Shown piece after piece: positions 20,571 through 30,543 of a DNA stretch of 64,000 nucleotides. Under the pieces are notes generated by a model. It saw only the letters and a program-made list of their open reading frames with translations. It ran no database searches and was not told the origin of the DNA. Source of the stretch: an uncultured Verrucomicrobiae bacterium (lineage in GTDB: Bacteria; Verrucomicrobiota; Verrucomicrobiia; Chthoniobacterales; Chthoniobacteraceae); contig CAWIKF010000002.1 of assembly GCA_963836755.1 (NCBI GenBank), positions 832,001 through 896,000 of the forward strand, written 5' to 3'. The position numbers were made by a program, and so were the translations under genes. Numbering within the stretch: position 1 is the first letter of the stretch; each line of letters opens with the position of its first letter.

Positions 20571-20750
20571 TTAGCAAACCCGCGCGCGGAGTTTGCGGCC
20601 GCCAGTTTGCAGGCGGACTTGGCCACTCTCAAGCAGATCGGCGACTGCGGCCACAGTCTCGTGGCTATTTTTGCTGCAACTGCTCACCGCGAGGATCAGG
20701 TCCCCGAGGCTGTAGTGACTGGCGCGGCTTACTTTGCGTTGTTTTTTCAT
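20571..20750 (-). CDS. Small basic hypothetical protein, 59 aa (not in ORF track)
   Basis: ATG 20750 to TAA 20571 translates as MKKQRKVSRASHYSLGDLILAVSSCSKNSHETVAAVADLLESGQVRLQTGGRKLRARVC. It lies directly under a sigma-54 promoter. Confidence 0.7.
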   Translation of the reverse strand: MKKQRKVSRASHYSLGDLILAVSSCSKNSHETVAAVADLLESGQVRLQTGGRKLRARVC

Positions 20751-20776
20751 AAAATTGGGATGTTCAGTTATGAGAT

Positions 20777-20792
20777 AGCAATCGACGTGCCA
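20777..20792 (-). promoter_or_regulatory. Sigma-54 (-24/-12) promoter
   Basis: Minus strand reads TGGCACG-tcga-TTGCT, a full match to TGGCACG-N4-TTGCW, 27 nt upstream of the ATG at 20750. Confidence 0.85.
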
Positions 20793-20858
20793 CCAATCGC
20801 AGTTGCTTCGTCACACACAGTCGTTTGACGCGATTTCTGGGAAAAAGTTCACCAAAAC

Positions 20859-20895
20859 TGCCGTGAATTTGGACACTCGTGTCGGAGTGCGAACA
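20859..20895. promoter_or_regulatory. Candidate enhancer (bEBP) sites
   Basis: TGT-N10-ACA (20880-20895) and TGC-N11-ACA (20859-20875), about 70-100 bp upstream of the -24 element. Confidence 0.5.
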
Positions 20896-20899
20896 AAAT

Positions 20900-21550
20900 T
20901 TACGGCGACAGCCGGTCGATTTTCCATGCGCCGTCCGGCTGCGCCGCATAAGCCAGCCGGTCGTGCAGGCGATTCGGACGGCCCTGCCAAAACTCCATCC
21001 GATCCGGTCGCAGACAATATCCGCCCCACTTCGGCGGCAGCGGAACCTCATCGCCAAATCGCTCTGCAACTTCCCTCAAACGCGCTTCGAGAAAATCACG
21101 ATCCGGCACCGACTCGCTCTGCCTGCTCGCCCACGCGCCGTGCTGGCTGCCGACCGGCCGCGAATGAAAATATGCCGCCGATTCTTCGCGTGAAACTTTT
21201 TCCACGATGCCGGTCACGCAAACTTGCCGCTCCAGCGCTGGCCAAAAAAAATTCAACGCTGCGCGCGCATTCACCGCAAGCTCGCGAGCTTTGCGGCTTT
21301 CGTAATTGGTAAAAAAAACAAAGCCGCGCGCGTTGAAGCCCTTGAGCAAAACCACGCGCACCGACGGCTGGCCGTTCCCGTCCGCGGTCGCGAGCGTCAT
21401 CGCATTCGGATCATCCGGCTGCGTGCGCAATGCCTCTTCAAACCAATTCGAAAATTGCCTCATCGGATCAGGATCGAGATCGCTCTTCCGCAGCCCGCGC
21501 AGCGCGTATTCCTTCCGCAGCGCAGCAATGTCGCGAGATTCGTTGGACAC
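20900..21550 (-). CDS. pdxH: Pyridoxamine 5'-phosphate oxidase
   Basis: LRKEY, PNAMTLATA, RVVLLK, FFTNYESRK, EFWQGRPNRLHDR. Confidence 0.96.
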   Translation of the reverse strand: MSNESRDIAALRKEYALRGLRKSDLDPDPMRQFSNWFEEALRTQPDDPNAMTLATADGNGQPSVRVVLLKGFNARGFVFFTNYESRKARELAVNARAALNFFWPALERQVCVTGIVEKVSREESAAYFHSRPVGSQHGAWASRQSESVPDRDFLEARLREVAERFGDEVPLPPKWGGYCLRPDRMEFWQGRPNRLHDRLAYAAQPDGAWKIDRLSP

Positions 21551-21726
21551 TGCGGAAGCTTACACAATGACCGCGAGCAGTCGTTATGAAAAACGAGGGC
21601 GAGACAAACCCGTCTCACCCCCGACCAACCAACCACCCCAATTTTTCGAGAACCGCGAGCGCCCTACCGCATTCGGCCTCGTTATAAAAATCGATTTTCA
21701 CGCGGGTGCAGGATGTCAGCTGTTCG

Positions 21727-21742
21727 CGGCACATCGCCTGCT
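21727..21742 (+). promoter_or_regulatory. Candidate sigma-54 promoter of pilT
   Basis: cGGCACA-tcgc-CTGCT with exact GG-N10-GC spacing, 31 nt before the ATG at 21773. Confidence 0.45.
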
Positions 21743-21772
21743 TCCTTAGTCGCAGCCCGGTCCATTTTTTTC

Positions 21773-22927
21773 ATGCTCAAAGAAGACGTTGATTCACTGC
21801 TTTCCTCCATGATCGAAAGCTCCGACGGCGTGTCGGATCTTTTTTTCGTGGTGGGAAAACCGCCGCAGGTCGAGGTCTTCGGCAAGCTGAAAGCGTATCC
21901 CGCCGACTCGCCCTCGGCAATTTTGACGCCGAATAAAACCGAGGAACTCGCCAGCTTTTTGATCAATGGCACCGAGCGGCTCGAGCGCGACTTGCTCAAT
22001 CTCGGCGCGTGCGATTGCAGCTACGCGATCCCGCATTTCGCGCGCTTTCGCGTCAATATTTTCCGCCAAAACGGCAATCACGCCATCGTCATGCGCAAGC
22101 TCAACTCGGACATCCCGACGATGGAAAAGCTGAAGTTGCAGCCGATTTTTCACGAAATCATTCGGGAGAAAAACGGCATCGTCTTCGTCACCGGCGCAAC
22201 CGGCAGCGGCAAAACTACGACGCTTGCAGCGATGCTGAACGCGCTCAACGAATCGCAGGAAATCCACATCGTCACGCTCGAGGACCCGATTGAATTCATG
22301 CACCCGCACCAGAAGGCGACCTTCAGCCAGCGTGAGCTCGGGCGAGATTTTTCCGAATTCGCGCAAGGGCTGCGATCCGCTCTGCGACAGGCGCCGAAGG
22401 TGATTCTCGTCGGCGAAATCCGCGATCGCGAGACGATGGAGATCGCGCTGACTGCCGCGGAGACCGGTCACATTGTTTACAGCACGTTGCACACGATCAA
22501 CGCCGGCCAATCCATCAACCGCATCCTCGGTATGTTCGGGAAGGACGAGGAGCAGCAGGTCCGCGAGCGGCTCGCCGACACCCTTCGCTACATTGTCAGC
22601 CAGCGCCTCATTAGCAAAGTCAGCGGCGGCCGGCTCATGATCAACGAAATCATGGGCAGCAACCTGCGCACGCGCGAATCGCTTTTGCTCGGCGAGTCCG
22701 ACGGCCGGACGTTTCAGGAAATCATCGAGGCGAGCAATTCCTTCGGCTGGCAAACGTTCGACCAGGCGCTGATCGACTCCTTCAGCAAAGGCCTCATCAC
22801 CGAGGAAACCGCGAGCATTTTCGCCACGAGCAAGAGCAAAGTCAGCCACGGGCTCGACGCTGCGAAGAAGATTTTGTCGCCGGGAGAAAGCGCTGTGCCG
22901 TCCGGCTTCCGCCTGCAGGTTGTTTGA
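21773..22927 (+). CDS. pilT: PilT/PilU family type IV pilus retraction ATPase
   Basis: RFRVNIFRQ, Walker A GATGSGKTTT, TLEDPIE, ALRQAPKVILVGEIRDRET, STLHT. Confidence 0.9.
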   Translation: MLKEDVDSLLSSMIESSDGVSDLFFVVGKPPQVEVFGKLKAYPADSPSAILTPNKTEELASFLINGTERLERDLLNLGACDCSYAIPHFARFRVNIFRQNGNHAIVMRKLNSDIPTMEKLKLQPIFHEIIREKNGIVFVTGATGSGKTTTLAAMLNALNESQEIHIVTLEDPIEFMHPHQKATFSQRELGRDFSEFAQGLRSALRQAPKVILVGEIRDRETMEIALTAAETGHIVYSTLHTINAGQSINRILGMFGKDEEQQVRERLADTLRYIVSQRLISKVSGGRLMINEIMGSNLRTRESLLLGESDGRTFQEIIEASNSFGWQTFDQALIDSFSKGLITEETASIFATSKSKVSHGLDAAKKILSPGESAVPSGFRLQVV

Positions 22928-22933
22928 CGGCGT

Positions 22934-24421
22934 CTATCTTTTGCTGACGGCACGCAACGCGAGATAAACCGCGAACGCGATGCCGAAGCCGACGAACCAC
23001 GCGTAGTTGTAGAGGTTCGCAAGGAAAGGCGGCACGCGCGCCGCATCGAGCACTTTCACATTCACCAAAAATCCCGGCAGACTCGGCAGCGCGCCGAGGA
23101 CGAGCGCGATCAACGCCACGCAGCTCACGCCATTCGTGTAACGATACGCACCGCCTTCATCATACAGCGCGCGCACGTCCAGCCGCGTGTGGCGCACGAC
23201 GAAATAATCCGCGATCAAAATCCCGCCGATCGGCCCCAGCAAAGCGCTGTAGCCGATCAGCCACGTGAAAATGTAGCCGCTCGGGTCGGCGACCAATTTC
23301 CACGGCATCATCAAAATCCCGACGATGCCCGTGATGAAACCGCCGATGCGAAATGAAATTTTCCGCGGCGCGAGATGCGCGAAATCGTTCGCCGGGCTGA
23401 CGACATTTGCGGCGATGTTTGTCGCGAGCGTCGCGATGCAGAGCGCGAGCATCGCGACCACGAGCACCGCCGGATTTTTAAACCGTGTTAAAACATCCAC
23501 CGGATCCCAGATCGGCGCGCCGTAGATGATCGTCGTCGCCGAAGTCACCGCCACGCCGATGAAAGAATAGAGCGCCATCGTCAGCGGCAGCCCGAGCGTT
23601 TGGCCGATGACCTGGTCGCGTTGCGTCCGCGCGTATCGCGAAAAGTCCGGGATGTTCAGCGAGAGCGTCGCCCAAAATCCGATCATTCCCGTGAGCGCTG
23701 GAAAAAAGAACGCGAGAAACTTTCCCGCATGCGGCTGCCCCGGCGCGAACGCCGAAGGCTGCGAGAGGATCGGCCCGAAGCCGCCCGCATTCCGCCACGC
23801 CCATGCCAGCAGCGCGAGCCCCGAGCGCGAGGAGCAGCGGCGCCTTGATCGAGAGCAAAATGCGGATCGAGTCGATCCCCTTGTAAATCACCAACATGTT
23901 GATCCCCCAGAAAAACAAAAAGCTGCGCGAACTGCGGCAGCGTGATCCCGAGCGCGCTCGCATGCGGTCCTGCGCAGCGAACTCGGAAAAAAGACGCCGA
24001 GAATTTTAAAAATCGCCGCGCCGCCGATCCACGTCTGGATGCCGAACCAGCCGCACGCCACGAACGCGCGCAGCAGCGCCGGCACATTCGCGCCGCGCGT
24101 CCCGAACGACGCCCGGCAGTAAACCGGAAACGGAATCCCGTAGCGCGTCCCCGCGTGCGCATTGAGGATCATCGGCACCAGCACGATCAAATTCCCGAGA
24201 AAAATCGTCCCGATCGCCTGCGCCCAATTCATCCCGCCGCCGATGAGCGACGACGCCAGCATGTAAGTCGGGATGCACGCCGACATCGAAATCCAGAGCG
24301 CCGCGAAATTCCCCGCGTGCCACGTCCGCCGCGCCGCCGGCACCGGCGCCAGGTCGGCATTGAGCAAAGCGCTCTCCTCTGGAGCATCGGTCACCGTGGG
24401 ATCAGACAAAGTGCGGTCCAT
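22934..24421 (-). CDS. NCS1 family nucleobase:cation symporter (three +1 indels near 23975, 23925 and 23820)
   Basis: WISMSACIPTY, GIPFPVYCRASFGTRGA..PALLRAFVACGWFGIQTWIGG, WATLSLNIPDFSRY, NIAANVVSPA. The pieces join in four segments and the total of 1488 nt stays in frame. Confidence 0.85.
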
Positions 24422-24439
24422 TGGTAAAAAGGACGCCGC

Positions 24440-24467
24440 ATCCTAGCGCGCATTTCCCGGCGTGCAA
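24440..24467 (-). promoter_or_regulatory. Candidate sigma-70 promoter of the NCS1 gene
   Basis: Minus strand TTGCAC-N16-TAGGAT, 19 nt before the ATG. Confidence 0.45.
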
Positions 24468-24514
24468 TGCACGACAGCGCGCCCGCCAAGCCGGGCCACC
24501 GCCGACGACTTTGA

Positions 24515-24571
24515 CGCCATCGTCACTGGCAGCCCGAGCGTTTGCCCGACGATCTGGTCACGCTGCGTCCG
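24515..24571 (-). repeat. Diverged 57-bp copy of NCS1 coding sequence (23573-23629)
   Basis: 50/57 identical by manual alignment; encodes RTQRDQIVGQTLGLPVTMA versus RTQRDQVIGQTLGLPLTMA. Confidence 0.85.
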
Positions 24572-24660
24572 GAGGGTAAGCCGAGTCGTCGCTCGTCACG
24601 CCCACTGAATAAACTGCTTGATTGATTTGGAACGCCCAACCGAAAGTGCGGCGGATAAAT

Positions 24661-25263
24661 ATGCGGTTGTTTGCCTTGATTATCCTTCTAGTAGCGAGTG
24701 TCGATCACGCCCTTGCAGAAACGACGGTTGCTTCATCCCAGGCCGAGGCAATCAAACAATGGCCAGCGCTCGCTAAACCCGACTCGAAATTCAACAAACG
24801 CTTTGTGCAAATCCATGCCTTGGCCAAAGAGATGAATGATCCGCTGCTCAACAGCTCGGACTGGCCTATGAAACTGGCGAAATTTGTTTCTTTAGAAGTG
24901 CGTAAAGGCTCCACTTACCACCATGTCCCAGCGCAGTTTGTCGCTGTCGCGGGAACCATCACAGGGGCGGTCAATCACGGAGTGGTGGTTAAGGTTGATG
25001 ACGCTCCACAATTTGCGGCCTTAAACTTCGCTCCCGGGACGCACATGATCTTCGTGAATGGCAATTTTGGAATCGTGGATGGCCGAGTGGTGCAATACGA
25101 AGCAAAGCGGAGGATTGAGGCGAACCTCGTTTACACGGGGACCGTTGAATTGATTGCGCTCGACCAAGACGGCAAAAGCATGGGGCCGGATTCAAACATT
25201 AAATCCACTCCTCTACGGACATATAGCACTATCGAAGATTTCATCACGCATCCGATGTGGTGA
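24661..25263 (+). CDS. Secreted hypothetical protein, lower GC
   Basis: Signal peptide MRLFALIILLVASVDHALA, then a helical motif SQAEAIKQWPALAKPDSKFNKRFV…DWPMKLA and a beta-rich C-terminal part. Confidence 0.7.
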   Translation: MRLFALIILLVASVDHALAETTVASSQAEAIKQWPALAKPDSKFNKRFVQIHALAKEMNDPLLNSSDWPMKLAKFVSLEVRKGSTYHHVPAQFVAVAGTITGAVNHGVVVKVDDAPQFAALNFAPGTHMIFVNGNFGIVDGRVVQYEAKRRIEANLVYTGTVELIALDQDGKSMGPDSNIKSTPLRTYSTIEDFITHPMW

Positions 25264-25282
25264 TGTGATGGGGGCGTCTTCC

Positions 25283-25354
25283 TGCCGAACCAGCCGCACG
25301 CGACGAACGCGCGCAGCAGCGCCGGCACATTCGCCCGCGCGTCCCGAACGACGC
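25283..25354 (-). repeat. Near-identical 72-bp copy of NCS1 coding sequence (24040-24112)
   Basis: Differs by one substitution and one 1-nt gap; encodes ASFGTR-/ANVPALLRAFVACGWFG. Confidence 0.9.
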
Positions 25355-25358
25355 GGGG

Positions 25359-25628
25359 ATTTTTCACCCTGATCGACTTCCCGTCCCCTGCTGCCGACAT
25401 TGCATCGGTGAGTTGCGAGACTACGGAGGCTACAAGGACAACATGAATCCCAACGGGGCAAATCTATCCGATGTCTGGACGGACATTCCTCCAGTCCGGC
25501 ATAAGAAGTATAAGAAGAGGGAGGCAAATGCTCTTTCGCTCAAGCTCATGGATTGAGTTGTCTCAATTGCCAGCGATCCTGGCTCACTCGTCCTAGACCC
25601 GTTCGGAGGTTCAGGAACTACCTTCGCT
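25359..25628 (+). pseudogene. Internal fragment of a beta-class N4/N6 DNA methyltransferase (M.BamHI-like)
   Basis: Reads IFHPDRLPVPCCRHCIGELRDYGGYKDNMNPNGANLSDVWTDIPPVRHKKYKKREANALSLKLMD*VVSIASDPGSLVLDPFGGSGTTFA. It has SAM-binding motif I (DPFGGSGTT), an in-frame TGA at 25554, and no start or end. Confidence 0.85.
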
Positions 25629-25646
25629 GGATTCCGATTTTTCTCC

Positions 25647-25700
25647 CGTCGTTCCCAAACTCCATTGAGGAGACCTTATCCCCGAAACTCTGTTTCGCAC
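25647..25700 (+). repeat. Possible degenerate half of a REP/MITE-like element
   Basis: cgtcgttcccaaactcc…cgaaactctgtttcgc resembles, from memory, the CTCGTTCCCAAACTCCGTTTGGGAAC-type extragenic repeats of PVC bacteria. It contains the hairpin cgaaac-tct-gtttcg. Only one copy is present in the window. Confidence 0.35.
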
Positions 25701-25861
25701 TGCCCGAAGTCGCGGACTCCTATCTCATGGATCAGGTTGCGGATGCGGATGACCTAGTGTTGCAATTTGACGGCGATGACGCGGGGCGGCAAGCCGGCGT
25801 AAGCGCGCGCGGTCGGTGCGACTGGGATTGACCTGCGCACATCCCGCGCAAACATTCAGGG

Positions 25862-26740
25862 ATGCGGACGACTTTGAACTCATCGGCGGGGGCGCAGTTT
25901 CGCGCGGCGCTCGATGCGGAGCGGCCGCTGCAAATCGCGGGGGCGATCAATGCTTATGCCGCGATGCTCGCGGAGCGTGCCGGGTTTTGCGCGCTCTATC
26001 TCTCCGGCGCGGGCATTGCAAATGCCTCGCGCGGCATCCCCGATCTCGGGATGACGACGCTCGACGATGTGCTGACGGATGTGAAACGGATTGTTTCGGC
26101 GACAAAGTTGCCGCTGCTCGTGGATGCCGACACGGCGTGGGACGATCCCGCGCAAACGGTCGGCGCGATGATCGAGGCGGGCGCGTCGGGAATCCACATC
26201 GAGGATCAGGTGGAGGCGAAGCGTTGTGGGCATCGGCCGGGGAAACAACTTGTGAAGACAGAGGAAATGATCGCGCGCATTTCGCAGGCGGTTGCCGGAA
26301 AAACGGACGGCGACTTTTTCATCATGGCGCGAACCGATGCGGTCGCGGTCGAGGGGCTGGATGCGGCGATCGAGCGCGCGCAACATTACGCCGCCGCGGG
26401 CGCGGATGGGATTTTCGCGGAGGCTTGCACGGAGCTGGCGCATTACGAGAAATTCGCGCGCAGCCTTTCGGTGCCGGTGCTAGCGAACATCACGGAGTTC
26501 GGCAAAACGCCGCTTTTCACCGTGGAGGAACTGCGAGGCGCGGGCGTGGCGATGGTGCTTTATCCGCTCTCAGCCTTCCGCGCGATGAATGCGGCGGCGC
26601 TCAAAGTTTTTGAAACAATCCGGCGCGAAGGTTCGCAGCGCGCGGTGCTCGCCACGATGCAGACGCGTGCCGAACTTTACGAAATCCTCAACTACCACGC
26701 CGCCGAGCAGCAACTCGACGCACAGCAAAAAAAACCATGA
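25862..26740 (+). CDS. prpB: Methylisocitrate lyase
   Basis: [43 protein letters not shown]. Confidence 0.93.
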   Translation: MRTTLNSSAGAQFRAALDAERPLQIAGAINAYAAMLAERAGFCALYLSGAGIANASRGIPDLGMTTLDDVLTDVKRIVSATKLPLLVDADTAWDDPAQTVGAMIEAGASGIHIEDQVEAKRCGHRPGKQLVKTEEMIARISQAVAGKTDGDFFIMARTDAVAVEGLDAAIERAQHYAAAGADGIFAEACTELAHYEKFARSLSVPVLANITEFGKTPLFTVEELRGAGVAMVLYPLSAFRAMNAAALKVFETIRREGSQRAVLATMQTRAELYEILNYHAAEQQLDAQQKKP

Positions 26741-27861
26741 GCGAAGCAAAAAAGAAGATCGCGCTATCGGGCGTTGTCGCGGGCCAAACCGCCATCTGCA
26801 CCGTCGGCAAGGAAGGCGTCGGTCTCACCTATCGCGGCTACTCGATCGAGGATCTCGCGGAGCACGGGAGCTACGAGGAAACCGCGTGGCTGGTGCTGCA
26901 CGGTGAACTGCCGACGCGCGCGCAGCTCGACGAATTTCGAAAAAAACTCGCGACGCTGCGCGGGCTGCCATCGCCGCTGAAGCAAGCGCTGGAGCTGCTT
27001 CCCGCCGAAACGCATCCGATGGATGTGCTGCGCACCGGCTGTTCCGTGCTCGGAACTTTGGAGCCGGAAAATGCATCGCGCAGCGGACTCGACATCGCGT
27101 TGCGGCTGCTCGCGGTGTTCCCGTCGATGCTGCTTTACTGGCATCACTTCACGCGCGGCGGCGAGCGGATCGAAACCCAAACGGGCGAATCGGGAGTGGC
27201 GGCAAACTTTTTACATTTGCTGCACAACCGTTCGCCTGGACCGCTGCAAGCGCGCGCGATGGATGTCGCGCTGATCCTTTACACCGAGCACGAATTCAAC
27301 GCCTCGACCTTCGCCTGCCGCGTCGTCGCCGGCACCGGCTCGGACTTTTATTCGTGCGTCTGCGCAGGCATCGGTGCGCTGCGCGGTCCGCTCCATGGCG
27401 GGGCTAACGAAGCGGCGATGGAGCTGATCGAAAAATTCGATTCGCCCGACGCTGCGGAAAAAAGTTTGCTCGAGATGCTCGCGCAAAAGCGAACCGTGAT
27501 GGGTTTCGGCCATCCGGTCTATCGCATTTCCGACCCGCGCTCCGACATCATCAAAGCCTGGTCGCAAAAACTTTCCGCCGGGCAGTCGGATGAACGCTTG
27601 TTTAATATTTCGCAACGGATCGAAACGGTGATGAAGCGCGAGAAAAACATGTTTCCGAATCTCGATTTTTACAGCGCCAGCGCGTTCCATTTTCTCGGAG
27701 TGCCGACGGCGATGTTCACGCCGATCTTCGTCTTCGCGCGCATCGCCGGATGGTCGGCGCACATCCTCGAGCAGCGCGAAAACAAACGCCTCATCCGCCC
27801 GACCGCCGAATACATCGGCCCCGAGCCGCGCGCATTCGTGCCGATGGATCAGCGCGGATGA
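26737..27861 (+). CDS. prpC: 2-methylcitrate synthase
   Basis: [51 protein letters not shown]. Confidence 0.92.
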   Translation: MSEAKKKIALSGVVAGQTAICTVGKEGVGLTYRGYSIEDLAEHGSYEETAWLVLHGELPTRAQLDEFRKKLATLRGLPSPLKQALELLPAETHPMDVLRTGCSVLGTLEPENASRSGLDIALRLLAVFPSMLLYWHHFTRGGERIETQTGESGVAANFLHLLHNRSPGPLQARAMDVALILYTEHEFNASTFACRVVAGTGSDFYSCVCAGIGALRGPLHGGANEAAMELIEKFDSPDAAEKSLLEMLAQKRTVMGFGHPVYRISDPRSDIIKAWSQKLSAGQSDERLFNISQRIETVMKREKNMFPNLDFYSASAFHFLGVPTAMFTPIFVFARIAGWSAHILEQRENKRLIRPTAEYIGPEPRAFVPMDQRG

Positions 27862-29303
27862 GCGCCCCGCTTTGGAACGTCCGTCCGCCGCCCGACGAAC
27901 TGCTCGTGCAGATCGCCGACTACGTTTGCGATTTTCGAATCACGAGCGACGAAGCATTCGACACGGCCCGCCATTGTTTGATGGACACGCTCGGCTGCGG
28001 AATCCTCGCGCTGAGCTATCCCGCGTGCACGAAAATGCTCGGACCGATCGTGCCCGGCGCGGTCTTGGAAAATGGCGCGCGTGTCCCGGGAACCGCATGG
28101 CAGCTTGATCCGCAGGCAGCGGCATTTAACATCGGCTGCGCGATTCGATGGCTCGACTTTAACGACACCTGGCTCGCGGCGGAGTGGGGGCATCCGTCCG
28201 ATAACCTCGGCGCCATCCTCGCTGTCGCCGATTTTTTGAGCCGCAACGGCGCCGCGCTGACGATGCGCGACGTGCTCATCGCGATGATCAAGGCGCACGA
28301 AATCCAGGGTGTGCTCGCGCTGGAAAATTCGTTCAACCGCGTCGGCCTCGATCACGTCCTGCTCGTCCGCATCGCTTCCACGGCGGTCGCGACCGCGCTG
28401 CTCGGAGGCACGCGCGCGCAAATCATCGACGCAGTTTCAAACGCATTCCTCGACGGCGGCGCGCTCCGCGCGTATCGCCACGCGCCGAACACCGGCTCGC
28501 GCAAATCGTGGGCTGCGGGCGACGCGACCGCGCGCGCGGTCTGGCACGCGCTCATCGCCATGCGCGGCGAAATGGGCTACCCCGGCGCGCTCTCGACGCC
28601 GACGTGGGGTTTCAGCGATGTGCTCTTCCGCGGCCAGCCGATCAAGCTGGCGCGGCCCTTCGCGAGCTACGTCATGGAAAACGTGCTCTTCAAAATTTCG
28701 TTCCCGGCGGAATTTCACGCGCAGACGGCGGTCGAGGCGGCGGCGCTCGCGCTGCATCCGCTCGTCCGCGATCGTTTAAACGAAATAGAACGCATCGAAA
28801 TCGCGACGCACGAGTCGGCGATGAGGATCATTCACAAGACCGGGCCGCTGCATAATCCCGCCGACCGCGATCATTGCCTCGAATACATGACCGCCATCGG
28901 CTTGATTTTCGGCACGCTCACCGCCGACCATTACGAGGACGCGGTCGCCGCGAACCCGCTTGTCGAACTGATTCGCGAGAAAATGGTTGTCAGCGAAAAC
29001 CCGCAATATTCGCGCGATTACCTCGACCCGGAAAAGCGCTCCATCGCAAACGCGGTGCAAATTTTCTTCCGCGACGGCACCAGCACGGTGCGCGTCGAAG
29101 TTGAGTATCCCATCGGCCACCGCCGCCGCCGCGCAGAGGCGATTCCATTGCTCGTGCAGAAATTCGAGCGGAACTTCGCGACGAAGTTTGACGCCGAAAA
29201 AGTCGCCGCGCTTCGCGAACTTTGCCTCGACCGGACGCGGCTCGAGCCCACGCCCGTGCGCGATTTCAGCGACCTCCTCGCCATCGAAACACCCGCCGAC
29301 TGA
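27858..29303 (+). CDS. prpD: 2-methylcitrate dehydratase
   Basis: [59 protein letters not shown] overlap with prpC. Confidence 0.95.
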   Translation: MSAPLWNVRPPPDELLVQIADYVCDFRITSDEAFDTARHCLMDTLGCGILALSYPACTKMLGPIVPGAVLENGARVPGTAWQLDPQAAAFNIGCAIRWLDFNDTWLAAEWGHPSDNLGAILAVADFLSRNGAALTMRDVLIAMIKAHEIQGVLALENSFNRVGLDHVLLVRIASTAVATALLGGTRAQIIDAVSNAFLDGGALRAYRHAPNTGSRKSWAAGDATARAVWHALIAMRGEMGYPGALSTPTWGFSDVLFRGQPIKLARPFASYVMENVLFKISFPAEFHAQTAVEAAALALHPLVRDRLNEIERIEIATHESAMRIIHKTGPLHNPADRDHCLEYMTAIGLIFGTLTADHYEDAVAANPLVELIREKMVVSENPQYSRDYLDPEKRSIANAVQIFFRDGTSTVRVEVEYPIGHRRRRAEAIPLLVQKFERNFATKFDAEKVAALRELCLDRTRLEPTPVRDFSDLLAIETPAD

Positions 29304-29350
29304 CGCTGAAAAAATCTCCGCAAACTCCCGCGAGCCGGCGCGAACGCGGC

Positions 29351-29917
29351 TTACGGCAGCCGATGAAAAGTCGCCATGATCTTCCGCGCGATCTGCATCT
29401 GCGCGGCCACGTCGTATTCCGCCGGACGATTCGCGGGATCAAACACGCCCACGTTCACCGCGTGATGCACGAAGTCGAAATGCAGCTGCCCGCCCGCATC
29501 TTTCCACGTGTAAATCACGTGCAGGTGCGAGTGCCCCGCGCTCCCTTCCTCGAACCGCGCGCGCGTAAACGTCACCCCGTTCGCCGTGAAATCGCTGAGC
29601 GCGGTCGCGTATTGCATCACGTCGTAAGCGCCGGGCACGATGGCCAGCTCCTTTGACTCGAGATTCGTCCCCGCAGGCACCGCGAAGCCCGCGAAAACCT
29701 TCGAGCCCGCCGGATACGCACCCGCATTGCCAGCGTGCAAATGCGCGGGCAGGCAAAGGCTGAACTTGTGCACCTGATCCACATAATGCGCGGGAAAATT
29801 CGCTGGGCACTTTGACGCGGGCCGATGTCCGGAGTTCATCGCGCAGCCCGCCAGCAACAGCGCCGCCACAGCGACTAGCGACGCACGAGAGAAATCGAAA
29901 CGGGGGAACATTTTCAT
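29351..29917 (-). CDS. Hypothetical lipoprotein
   Basis: Lipobox LLLAGC; contains a ..FEEGSAGHSH..VIY segment. Confidence 0.7.
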   Translation of the reverse strand: MKMFPRFDFSRASLVAVAALLLAGCAMNSGHRPASKCPANFPAHYVDQVHKFSLCLPAHLHAGNAGAYPAGSKVFAGFAVPAGTNLESKELAIVPGAYDVMQYATALSDFTANGVTFTRARFEEGSAGHSHLHVIYTWKDAGGQLHFDFVHHAVNVGVFDPANRPAEYDVAAQMQIARKIMATFHRLP

Positions 29918-30123
29918 CCCTCCATTGAATGCCGTGAAAACCCAACTGGCGATGCCAAAGCCGTCGCCCACGCGGTTCTGTCACACCGGCAGCAACATTG
30001 GGTTTCGTCGGCTGGATTTTAGCAAACCGGGCCACTTTTTAGCGTCTACGCGTCAAAGTTTAGGCCGCGGGCAAAACTTCCGCCTACGCAGCGAAGCTCA
30101 CGCTGCGCGGCTTCAGCCACGCC

Positions 30124-30354
30124 GTGCTCGATGCCCACGTCACCGATCTCGACAACCTCACCCAGCCCGACCTCGGCGAACCCGCCGCCCCCGCCGCTCC
30201 CGAGACCCCACCCGCCGCCGACGAAAACCTAAGCGACCTGCAAGCAGTGATGGCGACCTACAACGCGCTGAAGGCTTGGATGAAAGAATTCAAAGCCGTC
30301 GCCAAAGTAGTCCTGCGCCAGCGGGATGACTTGCTGCGGGAGTTGCATTTGTAA
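30124..30354 (+). pseudogene. Probable C-terminal remnant of a hypothetical protein
   Basis: Pro/Ala linker followed by an amphipathic tail YNALKAWMKEFKAVAKVVLRQRDDLLRELHL; no convincing start. Confidence 0.4.
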
Positions 30355-30543
30355 AGCGAAGGCTAGCAATGAGTCTTGAGCACGTTTGCCTGCGACCTCA
30401 TAAGGGTCGCAAAGGTGCCGATCTGCTTTGATCCAGGCAAAATCGACATTGAAGGCAGCCATTTCTGCGCCTTGTGGCGATCAAGCACGACAGCCGCCGC
30501 CCGTATCACTGGCGTCACCGACTTTCCAAATAGAATACTAACC

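Noticed and set aside
20553..20828. 91-aa + strand ORF
   Set aside because: It is the antisense shadow of the 59-aa minus ORF, which has the promoter and an ATG.
28730..28752. Extra Ala in PrpD (AVEAAALAL)
   Set aside because: An in-frame GCG triplet expansion that may be an error or neutral; no support for function.
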